64,000 nt of DNA, from positions 22,444,001 through 22,508,000 of the forward strand of contig OZ336881.1 in assembly GCA_965287045.1 (NCBI GenBank). The letters run 5' to 3'. The position numbers and the translations under genes were made by a program. This document shows positions 1 to 12,160 of the stretch, piece by piece. The DNA is from Carcharhinus amblyrhynchos. Taxonomy: Eukaryota. The notes below the pieces were generated by a model, which was given only the letters and a program-made list of their open reading frames with translations, was not told the origin of the DNA and made no database searches. How positions within the stretch are numbered: the first letter of the stretch is position 1; every line of letters begins with the position of its first letter.

Positions 1-170
1 GTTTTAAAGTCAAGGATAGATACATTTTTGAACAGTAAAGGAATTAAGGGTTATGGTGAACGGGGGAGTAAGTGGAACTGAATCCAGAAAAAGATCAGCC
101 GTGATCTTATTGAATGGCGGAGCAGGCCCAAGGGTCCAGGTAGCCTACTTCTGCTCTAGTTCTTAGGTTA
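1..170 (+). mobile_element. CR1 LINE 3' tail fragment
   Basis: Matches the tail (gatcagccatgatcttattgaatggcgg...cctactcctgctcc) of the CR1 copies ending at 16389 and 48730. Confidence 0.8.
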
Positions 171-464
171 TCTTGTGTTCAAGCAGCGATCTGACTGATA
201 AATGATTCCATGGAGTCTGGCTGAACAATGGTTTGTAGCAAGTAATTTCATATTCTAACCAATTCCATGTGAAGGCAATTTTTCTAATTGTTTCTTGAAT
301 TCTATGGCTAATTCAAATTTGGGCACATTATTTCCTTTGCCAGAAACACAATAACAATCTATCACTATTTTCCCCATTATGACTTTTCATTATATTGATG
401 ACCTCAACTTTCTTAGCTTAAAATTGGAAAAGCAAATTCCAGTCTTCACTAATTTGAAAACAAA

Positions 465-1095
465 GGCGACATATGGCCTGCTTGCCTTTATTGGTCAGGG
501 CGTCGAGTACAAGAATCAGGATGTCATGGGGCAGTTTTATAAAAGTTTGGTTAGGTTACACTTAATTCTGATCGTAACATTACGGGAAGGGTGTGGAGGC
601 TTTGGACAGGATGCAGAAGAGGATACCAGGATGCTGCCTGGATTAGAGGGCATGAGCTATAAGGAAAGGCTGTACAAACTGAAGTTGTTTTCTCTGGAGC
701 GGTGGAGGCTGAGGGAAGACCTGATAGAAGTCTATAAAATTCTGAGGGGCACAGATAGGGTTGACAGTCAGAATCTTTTTCTCAGAGTTGACATGTCTAA
801 TACTAGGGGCCATGACTTAAGGCAAGAGGGGGAATTTCAAAAGGAGATGAGAGGGGCAAGTTTTATTGATACAATAAAACTTGCCCCTCTCATCTGTCTG
901 GAACATGCTGCCAGGGATGGTGGTGCAGGTCGATATAATAGGAGTGCTAAGGGGTTTTTAGATAAGTGAATATGCGAAGAATAGAAGGATATAGACAAAG
1001 GGCAGGCAGAAGGGGTTAGTTTAATTTGTGTCATGTTTGGCACAACATCATAGGCCGAAAGGTCTGTTCCATGCTATACTGTTCTATGTTCTAAT
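465..1095 (+). mobile_element. 5'-truncated CR1 LINE (RT C-terminus + 3' UTR)
   Basis: Translation contains RMLPGLEGMSYKERL..LFSLERWRLREDLIEVYKI (CR1 ORF2 C-terminus); ends in a ctgttctatgttcta tail. Confidence 0.85.
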
Positions 1096-1477
1096 GCATA
1101 TTTACATAGTTTTCATTGTTTATACTTATTTTCTAGAATGGGGTACCTAAAACTGTACACAATTCTTCCAGCTGCAACTGTGGTTTAAAAATACCACCTT
1201 GCTTTTTATATTCTATAGAGAGGGAGGAAAAGGTTTTGCTGAATAAATAATGGTATTTGAAAGGCTTATAGCAATATTAAACCTCAAATCAGGTAACAAC
1301 ATAACAAGGAATAGATATTCCATGAATTTCAAATTGCCACATTGCTGGCCAATCTATCTCTCTCTGCGATAGCTTTGCAGAAAAAACATCTTGCCCTTCT
1401 CCTCCATGTGCCTTTCCACACTCACTATCCATTAAACACACCATAGCAAGTTAAATCTAGCAATTTTTATATTTTAG

Positions 1478-1520
1478 CAAACTCATTTTTAATGACCACC
1501 AACTTTCTCTTTCTCAAAAG
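1478..1520 (+). CDS. candidate internal exon of unidentified + strand gene
   Basis: ttttatattttag acceptor and AAG|gtaaat donor; the phase 1->2 reading NSFLMTTNFLFLK(R) joins in frame to the 3840 exon. Confidence 0.3.
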
Positions 1521-1924
1521 GTAAATAATGTGTGGAAAATCACTTCTTCAGATTGTGATTGGTTTTAAGGGATACTAAGATTGTCAAATTTTAGATTTTA
1601 TCTTATTCTTACTTTTCCTTTCTTACTTTACTGACCCCTATTTGAAAATGACCTGGATTTTGTAATCACCTCCATTCAGTACACTTGCACATAGACTGTG
1701 GGTTTTTACACTGGAACTTTGTGATTAAAAACCCATGTCAGTGCATTCTTCTCTGCAGGGGATCGGACGTAAATGTGGACAGAGAAAAACTGTGGGCACA
1801 ATCTGACAACCTTATTCCTCCCATTTTTCAGCGAGGCGAGATGGTAAGATGGGGGGAGGTGAAAAATTGGGTTCACGCCCAGTTTCTCACCTCCCCTGAT
1901 CTTACTGGCTGTTTTGTCAGCGAA

Positions 1925-2560
1925 ATGGGCAGAGGCATCCGTGAATCAGCCCACCAACCCATGTTGGAGAGTCAGCAAGAGGCTAGGGAACATCGGGCAG
2001 CGCTGATGGAAGCCCACAACAGAGTGGCACGTGTGTCGGAGCAGTCTGTTCACCTGCTCTCTGATGAAGTGGCGTCCACCTGTGCACGCATGGAGGTCTC
2101 CATGGGGATGATGGCAGATATCATAGGGGCCCTGTTCCCTGTTACAGTAGAACACCTAGTTTCTACTGGAAATGTACACAGACCTGCACTCCATCTTGGT
2201 AGCCATGGGAGAATTCTTACAGTAGTAACACAGAGGGGCAAAGCACCTTAGCTTCCCTCAAGAAATTCAGAGCCCTCGGGCACCAAAAGAGAGGGGGGTC
2301 AGAAGTTGGTCATCCATAGTTCATTCACTCAGGAATCTCAGATGGTGTCTGCTCCCTCCAGAGCCTCTTTGCCTATGACCCCTACAATCTTATCCTCTTG
2401 TTACCACAGAGGGAGCACATGGCCCACAGAGGAGAACCAAAGGAAGTCAGGGCCCTGCAGGCCTCACTCTTCAGAGATCCCTGCTGAAGTTATCAAAGAC
2501 AACAGAGCTAACAATGCCACAATCTTTCCCTGCCCCTGTTGCGGATATCAGGACAGCACA
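1925..2560 (+). mobile_element. degraded repeat, possibly PIF/Harbinger-associated accessory ORF
   Basis: GC-richer block encoding a helical peptide (MLESQQEAREHRAALMEAHNRV..CARMEVSMGMMAD) without splice signals; the family assignment is from recollection only. Confidence 0.3.
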
Positions 2561-3839
2561 CAAAATTATTGGCCACAAAAAAAAAATCAATAAATTTTGA
2601 TCACAAGTGGTTGCATGGCTGAATATAATTTTGTCACTGATTATTGTGCAAACATATTCACTTTCATCACGTGATATGTACTGCTGCCGATTGGTGTCAA
2701 TATATAGGCTTCGTAGAATGCAAATTGCTTTCACTTTGTCTTCGTGGAATTTCCAATCCCCATCAGAAGATCCCACTGTAACGTCACCTGGCCATTGAAT
2801 TAATCTTCTCCAATTAACCATTCTGCCCTCGGGCTTCTTCTATGCTTTCCCATGTTAAATTTCATTGGTTAAGGAGATGCAGTCTGTACTTGTTTGTCAA
2901 GGTATCCAATGCCCTGCTGCCTTCACTGCACCTTAATCAATCTGCATTTTGGGAGAAGGAGTTTTGAATCTAAAAAGGCACAATTTTTAGGCAGCATACT
3001 GAGATGTGCCTCATTCTAGCAAAATATTTTCCAAAAAAAGCAATGGTTCTATTTTTTAGCACTATTTACTTATAATGTCACCTTGAAGATTTTATTTATT
3101 AGTCACAAGTAAGCTTGCATTAACACTGCAATGAAGGTATTCTGAAAATTGTTTAATGATCCATGTGTTCTTTATTCCAACTAAATTCTTATCATTTAGG
3201 GTGTATCTCGTTTCACTACTTGTGTATTCAAAATTAATTCCTTTACATTTTAAAAATTGAACTGTATCTGCCCACCTACACCACTCTTTCTGCACAACAC
3301 TCTCTACCCAACCTACAACTTACATAGAATAGCCTTCAGGTTTTTAAACATCTTCAACAAATTTAGCACAGCTACAGTTTGGTAGAAGCAACAAATTTTG
3401 ATATTGTTCCCTCAATTTCCAAATCCAAAATGTTTATGTTCATACTGTAAATAAGAGTAGTCCTAATAACGAGACCCTCCAGGACAAAAGACCTTTGTAT
3501 TTTTATCCTCCATGCATAATCCATTCAATTCCATGCAGTATTATTTTTGCAATCAAGTGTATTGATTGAAACTGTTCCCTGCAAACTATATGCTAAAAGA
3601 TAATGTTCCACGCTGGCAATGTTCAACAATATACTGTTAGTTAATACTGGTTTCAATCTCATCAACTCAAAACAAAATTACGCAATTATTTTGACTAATC
3701 TAATTTGAATCAGTTTTTCCATCTGAATCATTCATACAGTCCTGATTTTTAATGAGGTGACAACATTTTAACTTTGTATATTACAAATATGAATGCAACT
3801 TAAAATGCAGCTGAGCATTTATGAATAAGCTTTCTTTAG

Positions 3840-3921
3840 GATAGCCTCCGTGCGTGAAAGAAGTTATCGAATCCCTACAATTCAGCTCATTGACAAGTTT
3901 CTTGATCTGAACCTGATGGAG
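3840..3921 (+). CDS. candidate coding exon, (R)IASVRERSYRIPTIQLIDKFLDLNLME
   Basis: tttctttag acceptor, GAG|gtgagc donor, 82 nt open in phase 2->0, non-repetitive context. Confidence 0.5.
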
Positions 3922-4348
3922 GTGAGCTACTCCTTCAACATGGATGACAGGGATTCTGAATTCTTGAGGAATTGGACACACTAAGGCCCAGATTTGTGAC
4001 AAAACAATTAATACTTAACTAGTGATCTGTGACATTGACTTCACCTTCCCTAATGCTATTTCAAATTTGGCGCTAAATCAAGAAAATCTCCAGTAATGGT
4101 AACATCATCAAACAAGGAACACAGCTAATCACATTAAAGAATTTTCACATACAGAAAATCAAGTAAAATCCTCTCTTTCTTTAATATCATTTTATGGAGG
4201 ATGATTGGGACATAGACAAGCTGAAATCTCAAACAAAAAAATTAAACCTGGATTTTTTTTTCAATAAAATATCATCATAAAGAAATCTGATACTCAACAA
4301 ATAAAATATTAGTTTTCCAAAGCCAGAGAGTTGATCAGCAGTAGTTAA

Positions 4349-4643
4349 TCATAGAATTTTACAGTGCAGGAGGAGGCCTATTGATGGCCCATTGAGTCTG
4401 CACCAACCATAATCCCTATACTCCTAACCCCGTGCATTTATCCTAGCTAGTTCCCCTGACACTAAGGGCCAATCCACCTAATCCACACATCTTTGGACTG
4501 TGGGAGGAAACCAGGGCATCCAGAGGAAACCCATGCAGACGTGGGGAAAATGTGAAAACACCATGCAGGCAGTGATCCAAGCCAGGAATCGAACCCAGGT
4601 CTCTGGTTTTGTGAGACAGCAGTGCTAACCATTGTGCCACCCC
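4349..4643 (-). mobile_element. HE1-type tRNA-derived SINE
   Basis: Minus strand has a tRNA-like head (ggtggcacaatggttagcactgctg...gggttcgattcc; A/B boxes) and a CR1-derived tail. Confidence 0.85.
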
Positions 4644-5458
4644 TTCAGCTTAGGGTGCTGTTAAAAACGCTGTGTTCCACTTCATTCAACAAGGTGCAAC
4701 TTTTTTGAGTGTTTTGATAGCAATATACTTGATGTAAAAGTGGAAGCTCTCATCAGTTCGATGATTTCTAACTGACTGCAATCTGCAGGGACTTTAAGAG
4801 CGCATTCTATGAGAAGTGCAGAGTGACTAACAGCAGCTTCTGGATTTCCATAATTAACTGTGCATGTCAACCTCCAGAAGTTGTCATCAGTTTCCACTGA
4901 GTAATAATTACTGCTGACAGTTCAGTTGCTATTACTACTGAAAACTCTAAGTCCAAATATTCAGCCCTCCCTCATGTATTTTGGGTCTCCTGAGAAACGC
5001 ACGACCTAAGCCTGAATGCTCACGATTTTTTTGAAGTTGTCCCACCAGTCAATTCTGGAGGGGACCCCAAAGGTGGTTGCATAAAGACTGAGAATTTGAT
5101 AGGTAGCCCTAAATGAGAAAACTACAAAAATAACTAATTGTTTCATTTTACTTGTAAATTTATTTCTAATATATTAACCTTTTTGCTTATTTACTACAAA
5201 TAGCCAACAGTAAAAAATTATCAATTCAAGTTTATAAAAAGTTCAGTGTAACATGCTGCAGTGATAGCATTCAGCTGCAAATTTATAAAACTGAGGAGCA
5301 TGGAGATTTTGTGCCCATAATCATTTTCAGAATTCAGGCTTTACTCCAGTGTTTTGTATATTAATATTCTTTGCACAGAATACTACTGAAAGTTTGCAAC
5401 AATGGGTTTAGGGATTGACTGCAATGATTTTTCATTGAACTCCTTTCTGGTTTTCCAG

Positions 5459-5497
5459 GTTGCTCTGCTGCTTTTAATGAAAACATTACCTGCATGA
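5459..5497 (+). CDS. candidate terminal coding exon VALLLLMKTLPA*
   Basis: tcctttctggttttccag acceptor; phase 0 matches the 3921 donor; TGA TAA double stop; AATAAA at 5752. Confidence 0.4.
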   Translation, partial: VALLLLMKTLPA

Positions 5498-5751
5498 TAA
5501 ATTTACTTTACAAGAATACAACTGAACTTGTGTTAATCCAGCAATGCATGAATTTTAAAAAATGTCTTGTTTATAACACCATAATTATAGGATGCACTGA
5601 ATGACAGTAACACATCAAAGGACCAATCAATATTTTTAAAAACATTTTTACATTCTCGCATTTAGGATCACATGAAGCAAAGATTTTGGTATTGACCTTT
5701 ATATGGTTATGGTCAAATACTTTTAAAATAATTTAATCATCAGTCTATAAC

Positions 5752-5757
5752 AATAAA
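5752..5757 (+). terminator. candidate polyadenylation signal
   Basis: AATAAA about 255 nt after the candidate stop, in AT-rich unique sequence. Confidence 0.3.
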
Positions 5758-5945
5758 ATCAATTATTCTAAAAGGTAAAATTGAGGTAGTTGGCTGTACT
5801 CCCAACCACCATCTTGGAGGTCAGATACAAGATAATATCATCACCAAGTTACCCTTCTATTCGGACACAATCACAACTTGGACATATGCTGGTCTTTCAC
5901 CACAGAGTCAAAATCCTAGAACACTCTACTGTGTGTGAACACTTT

Positions 5946-6171
5946 TGTAATGACTTTAACTAGGCTCACAATGTAGACCTCTGAGAAAATGAGCTCCCTG
6001 ATTAAGACAGTAATGGGGTGACCAGAGAGCCCTTCTCGTATATACAATGAGGTGTGTCAGGGTTACAGGTTCATACTCTGTATGAGGAAATACTGTGAGT
6101 GTTGCTGACAATGTAAATAAATTTATTTGGTGCATTGGTGAAGGGACACTGTCCTCTGAGGAGTTATTTCA
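5946..6171 (+). mobile_element. solo LTR
   Basis: TGTAA...TTCA termini, internal AATAAA, flanked by acttt/acttg (5-bp TSD, 1 mismatch). Confidence 0.6.
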
Positions 6172-6469
6172 ACTTGCATCACACCACAGAATCACAGAAT
6201 TCTAACAGTGCTGGAGGCAGCCATTTGGCCAACTATATCTACACTGGCTCTCCAAACCAGCATTATGGTTTAGTGCTATTCCCCTGCCTTTTCCCTGTAT
6301 ATTGTTTATATTCAAATAATTATCTAATGTCCTCTTGAGTGTATCAATTGAACCTGCCTCCACCACACTTCCAGGCAGAACATTCCATATCTGAACTACT
6401 TGTGCAAAAAAGCCTCCCTCAACACTTTTTCTTCCTTTGCAAACCAGCAAATTTGTGCTCTCTCGTTCT

Positions 6470-6645
6470 TAGAATCATAGAATCCCAACAGTGTAGCAGG
6501 AAGCCATTCAGCCCATCGAGGCTGCATCAACAATAATCCCACCCAGCCACTATCCTGTAACCCCATGTATTTACCCCGCTAATCCCTCTGACACTAAGGG
6601 GAAATTTATCATGGCTAATCAACATAACCTGCGCATCTTTGGATC
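6470..6645 (-). mobile_element. partial HE1 SINE nested in CR1
   Basis: Matches the 3' half of the SINE at 4349-4643. Confidence 0.75.
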
Positions 6646-7398
6646 TTATTCTTGATCCTTTTACGAACGGGACAGTTTCTCCCCATCTATTCTGTCCAAC
6701 ACCCTCATGATTTTGAGCAGTTCTATCAAATCTCCTTATTTTCTCCATGGGCAACAGTCCCAACCTCTGCAATCTATCCTAGTAACTGAAGTTTCTCATC
6801 TCTAGAACCATTCTTGTAAATCACTTCTGCACTCTACCAATGCATTTACATCCTTCCTATTGTGCAATGCCTAGACCTGTACATAGTATTCCTGCTGAGG
6901 TCTAACTTGTATCTTTCATGTATTCAGCATAATCTCCTTGCTCTTGTGCTCTATCCCCTCTTAACAAAGCCCAGAAGAGTATATGCTTTATATGCTCTTT
7001 TCACCTGTCCTACCACTTAAATGGTCTATGCACATATACATCCAAGTCCTTCTGCTCCTCCTAAAATTTTACCCCTTATTTTGTAGGTCTCTCTGTTCTT
7101 CCTACCAAGTGCATCACTTCACACTTTTCCGCACTGAACTTCATCTGCCACCTATCTGCCCACTTCAATCTGCCAATGTCCTTACGAAGTTCTACACTGA
7201 TCCCTTCACAGTTTACAATACTTCCAGATTGTGTATCATTCATAAACTTTAAAACTGTCTCCTGTTCACCAATATTTAGATCATAATAGTTATCAGGAAA
7301 AGCAACGGTCCCAATACCACTGGGAAATAGCACTACAAACTTTCTTCCAGCCCAAAAAATATCCAATGCCTATTACTCTCTGCTCCCTATTATTCATA

Positions 7399-7540
7399 AC
7401 GTGGATATGCTGGTGTTGGACAGGGGCAAGCACAGTAAGAAGTCTCACAACACCAGGTTAAAGTCCAGGTTAAGCAAAAAGCTAGTGCCAAATAAACCTG
7501 TTGGACTTTAACCTGCTGCTGTGAGACTTCTTACTGTGCC
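7399..7540. mobile_element. miniature fold-back Penelope-like pLTR insertion
   Basis: PLE tail (gtggatatgctggtgttggacaggggcaagcacagtaag), then gcacagtaagaagtctcacaacaccaggttaaagtcca and its inverted copy tggactttaacctgctgctgtgagacttcttactgtgc. Confidence 0.8.
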
Positions 7541-10500
7541 TCCTATTTAGCCAATTTTGTATCCATATTGCTACTGTCACTTTTAGTCTGAGAGGTATAG
7601 CTTTTCTCACATTTGTTTAATGGCACTGCATCAGCACCTTAGTCCAAGTATGCCACAATCACAGCATTGCCCACTTCGACCTTTTGTTACCTTCTCAAAA
7701 AACTCCAGCAAGTTAGTTAAACATGATTCCTCCTTTAGAAATTCATGCTGGCTCTTCTTAATCAACCCACATTTTTCCATCTGACTACAAGTTCTTTCCG
7801 AAATAATTGTTTCCAGAAGCTTGTCCACTACTGATGTTAAACTGACTGGCCTGTATTTGTTGTTGCTATCCTTACAAGCGTTTTGAACAAGTAACATTTG
7901 CAATTTCCCAGTCCTCTGGCACCTCCCAAGTCTAGAAAAGACTGGAAGGTTGTGGCCCTACAATTTCTGTTCTCACTTCCTTCAAATATCCTTAGATGCA
8001 TCTCATCCGGTCCCTGTGCCTTGTCAACTTTCAAGGCCGAGAGTCTATTCAACATTTGCTTCTCATCAATTTTTAACCCTTCTAGGGACAGAAGTTCCAC
8101 AACTGTCACCGTGTTCATCAATCTCTATGGTAAAGATGAATGCAAAGCATTTATTTAATACCTTAACTATCCCCCCTGCATGTATAAATCTTAGGTTCCT
8201 AATCAGCTCTACTCCTCTTATCACCCTTTTACTATTTATATGGAGATAGAAGACTTTGGGATCCCCCTTTATGTTGACTGCCAATCTTTTATCATAATCC
8301 TTCTTAGCTTCTCTAAAGCACTTTTTCACTTCCCCTCGGAACCTTCTGCATTCCTCTTGATTTTCAGCTCTATCTTCTACCTGATAGCAGTCATTAGGAT
8401 TTTTTTTTCCTTCCTATATTTTCTGTCTCCCTTTTCATCTAGGGTGCTTTAGATTTGTTTGTCCTACCTTTCCCTCCTAACAGAATAAACTTTGACTGTG
8501 TCTGGACTATTTCTATTTTGAAGGTAGGCCATTGTTCAGCTATAGATTTCCCACCAATCTTTCATTCTAGTTTAATTCTTGCCCTATTGAAGTCAGCTCT
8601 GTCCCAGTTAATTATTTTTACTTGGATTGCCTATTGCCCTTTCCTATCATTCTAAATCTTACAATGCAATGGTCACTGTCTCTTAAGTGTTCCCCACTGA
8701 CATTTTATCTACTTGGCCCACTTCATTTCCAAGAACCATGTCCAACAGTGCATCCTTTCTTGTTGGAATGGACACATACTGCTGCAGAAAATTTTTCTAG
8801 ACACAACCTACAAACTTTTGCCCCACTCCACCCTTTATACTACCACTGCCCCAGTCTACATTTGGGTAATTAAATTCTCAGTTAGAATACTCTACACTGT
8901 TTGCATATCTCTAATTTCCCTGCAGATTTGTTCTTCTACATTCTTCTCACTAGTTGGCAGTCTGTCGACTGCACCGAGTAATATAACTGCCCCCTTTTTT
9001 TAGGCCTAGCCATTTGAATCCTCTTCCTCTTTCTTCAGCACTCCAAAGCTCTCCCTAATCAATACTGCCATCCTTCCCTCTCTCCACCCTTTCCTATCTT
9101 TTCTAAAAACCTTGCACCCAGGAATATTTAATACCCAATCTTGCCCTTTTTTTTGTCTCTGTTATTGCCACAACATTATATTTCCACAATGCAATCTGTG
9201 CCTGTAACTCCCCAATCTTATTTACTATCATGAGGACCTAGTGTGGTTCATGGAGGCAGCCAACCATCTGCTCAAGGTTAGAAATGCTGGGTTTGCCTGT
9301 GACACTCATATCCTGATAAAGAATTTTTTTTTCAAAAATGTCATAGGAACAGAATCAAAAGGTATAAGGAGTGGGAAAATGAACATCCTGGCCAGAATTC
9401 TCCAGCCTTGCATGTTCCTCTACCACTGCCAGTGAGAATGGTGAATTTGGCACTCAGCCAACTCCCAGTTCACAGCAGGTGGTCTGGAGAATCCCAGCTG
9501 CAGGCAAATTGGAAAATTCTGGCCTTTAAGTTCCACTATAACTACTGCTTGAAATGTTGAGAAATAAGAGGAAGAGAAGTACTTAATAGATTTTTCTGTA
9601 TGCCATTAATCTCCGGCTGGAGACCATGGAACAGATGTTCAAAGTAGATTCAACAGAAGGAAGATAACTTAGAAAATAGGTAGAAGTCTGTCACACTTGT
9701 AAAGAATTAAGATTGACAAGGTGGCAATATTGTGAAACAAATTACAAAAACGTGCACACTTTTTTTTATTTTGCATTTCCATATGGTAATTATTGTTATA
9801 ATCGATCGTGCTAGAACTTGTATGAGCTAAAAAATCTTTTGGCAGCATGTTCATAACTTAATGCAAGCGTTCTCTACTTCACAGGTGCTCATGATTATCT
9901 TGATCTTGGTCAAACATTTATTTTGCGGAATTTTTTTTTGTATTCATACTTTGCCTATCAACCCAATTTAGGAACAGTATTTATGATTAAACTGTCAGGC
10001 AGGTGATTAATGAATAGTCGTTTTACTGATTTGTCAGCTCGCAGGGTCTCAGAATTCAATCATTCCTGCTCTGATCATGGCCACAGGCCTACTAAAATTC
10101 ATACCAGCATGCAGTGTGAGGTCTGCTTTATCAACCCCCAATTCTGAACAGAAACGCCTACAGGCTTTTCTATCATAAGAACATTCAATTGACATTTTTA
10201 AGTGCACTTAATATTATTGACAGCATGTAATAACTCATTCCTTCATACTAAGTTCCAGACTTTGTAAGAATAACATTTTAATGCACCAAAATCTAAAAGG
10301 ACACATTAACTTCAAATTTGAAAAGGGAGAATACTGACTGGAACACTGTCGGTGTGCTATATCCAAGACAATTGTAATAAAATATTTGCAGTTATATAGC
10401 ACTTAATAAGAGTGTTAATACGTCCTCATATCTTCTGCGAAAACATTTATCTCTTGCTGTACTTCATTCTCTTTAAAAGATATACAATGAAAAAAAATTA

Positions 10501-10632
10501 AAGCTGGCAAAGCCCATGAGTCCATTTTTTGTTATAACTAACCCATTTAATTTTACTTTGCAAAATGGCCCTGAGATTCGTATTTTTTAAGGAAGTGCAC
10601 ATATGAACTGAATAATGGCTATGTTAGGAAAC

Positions 10633-10722
10633 ATGAAAAAAGAAATGAGAAGTTGCACTATGAGTACATATAATCCTATGTGAAAAGAAATAAGAAGTTG
10701 TACTATGAGTACATATAACACG
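10633..10722. repeat. 45-bp tandem duplication
   Basis: aaaagaaat(g/a)agaagttg(c/t)actatgagtacatataa occurs twice. Confidence 0.8.
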
Positions 10723-10845
10723 TAAAAATAAAAATTGTATTTCACTGCACCCTAAAAACCAATTGTACAAATGTACTTTTTAGGCAGTCTTGATACTGAT
10801 ACCATAACAGAAAATGCTGGAAAATCTGAACATCTATAGAATAGA

Positions 10846-10882
10846 GCTAACATTTTGAGTCTGGATGACCCTTTGTCAGAGC
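10846..10882 (-). ncRNA. decayed minimal hammerhead ribozyme motif in a PLE-derived repeat
   Basis: Minus strand reads gct-CTGACAA-agggtc-atcca-gactc-AAAA-tg-TT-agc; restoring three CpG transitions gives CTGACGA...GAAA-cg-TT. Confidence 0.5.
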
Positions 10883-11124
10883 CCAGGACTGTGGAAGAAT
10901 TACAGTTTTTTGTACCCTTTATGTGAAAAAGTGGTTCCTGATTTCACCATTAAATGTTCTAAATCTAAATTAACCTCCTTGTTCTCCATTACCCACTGTA
11001 GAGGAAATAGCTCATTTCTATCAACATATTAAGCCATTTCATTCCTCACATGAATATCATTTGCATTCAACATTGCTCATTTGCCCTGTTTTGACAGAAA
11101 TTGCACTCAAACCAATTATTTAAC

Positions 11125-11480
11125 TTTTTTTTATTCATTCATGGGATATTGGTATTACTGGCCGGCCAGCATTTATTGCCCATCCCTAGTTGCCTGAGAG
11201 TAGTCGAGAGTCAACTGCATTGCTGTGCTCTGGAGTCACACATAGACCAGACCAGGTAAGGACAGCAGATTTCCTTCCCTAAAAGACATTAGTGAATCAG
11301 ATTGGTTTTTCTGACAATCGACAATGGGTTTACGGTCATCAGCAGATTCTTAATTCCAGATATTTTTTATTCAACTCAAATTCCACCATCTACTGTGGTG
11401 GGTTCAAACCTGGGTCGCTAGAACATTAGTTGAGTTTCTGGATTAACAGCAATAATATTACTGAGGCCATCACCTCCCCA
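11125..11480 (-). mobile_element. SINE, probably Deu-domain type (SacSINE1-like)
   Basis: tRNA-like head near 11400-11475, central gagtcacacatagaccagaccaggtaaggacagcagatttccttccc block, and a LINE-like tail (cagcatttattgcccatccctag). Confidence 0.55.
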
Positions 11481-11794
11481 TCAAATGCGCTCAAAAGCAA
11501 TCAATTAAGCATTATTTGACATTGAATAATGCTCCTAAGTTGCTAAAAAGCAACCATTTAACTATTGTTCAACATTGCAAGTAATGTAATTGACATCAAT
11601 GTCATCAGTTGGCCCAAACTACAGCATTCAAGTGATTATCACTTAAGCATTCAGACACCAAAAACATTCACAGATTTTATGTTCCATATTTCTGAATTTA
11701 GAGCTTTAAACATCCTAAAGCTGAGCTAACTTTATAAAACATGTTTTGCTAAGCTAATTTTGTTTTTCTTCATAACCCATAATTTGCACATCAT

Positions 11795-12025
11795 AAACCC
11801 AACCCTTCCCCACCCCTTCCCCCACATCCTCCCTCTGCCGCTAATCCTCCTTATCCCCTCTCTCCAACTTTCTTTCTCCTCCTCTTCATGTCCTTAACCC
11901 CTCTTCCCTTTCTCTCCTACCAACTCACATCGTCCCTCCCTCTTCCCCCTCCCCATCCCCTTCACCCTCTACCAACTCGTATCTTCCCTAACCCCTCCCC
12001 CTCTCTCAACATTTCCCATCTCCAA
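11795..12025. repeat. C/T-rich low-complexity tract
   Basis: About 230 nt dominated by pyrimidines on the + strand. Confidence 0.85.
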
Positions 12026-12044
12026 GGACAATTCTTTTTTTCAA

Positions 12045-12160
12045 AGAGCAAAATGCTGCAGATGCTGGAATCTGAAACAAAAACAGAAAATGCTGGAAAA
12101 TCTCAGCAGGGCTGACAGCATTTGTGGGGAGAGAATAGAGCCAATGTTTTGCGTCTTGGA
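12045..12160 (-). mobile_element. PLE-derived terminal repeat fragment (same family as 10805-10882)
   Basis: Shares aacagaaaatgctggaaaatct...gaatagagc with 10806-10847. Confidence 0.55.

Larger units (their letters stand above)
6187..9230 (-). mobile_element. degraded CR1 LINE ORF2 and tail, with nested SINE and PLE inserts
   Basis: Minus-strand ORFs give YRPVSLTSVVDKLLE, SCLTNLLEFFE, KWADRWQMKFSAEKCEVMH and LKVDKAQGPDEMH. Confidence 0.9.

Noticed and set aside
379-969. 196-aa ORF as a host gene
   Set aside because: Chimeric read-through of a degraded CR1 RT.
4560-4643. tRNA genes here and near 18600, 52782 and 53570
   Set aside because: These are tRNA-derived SINE heads followed by HE1 body and LINE tail; no complete cloverleaf.
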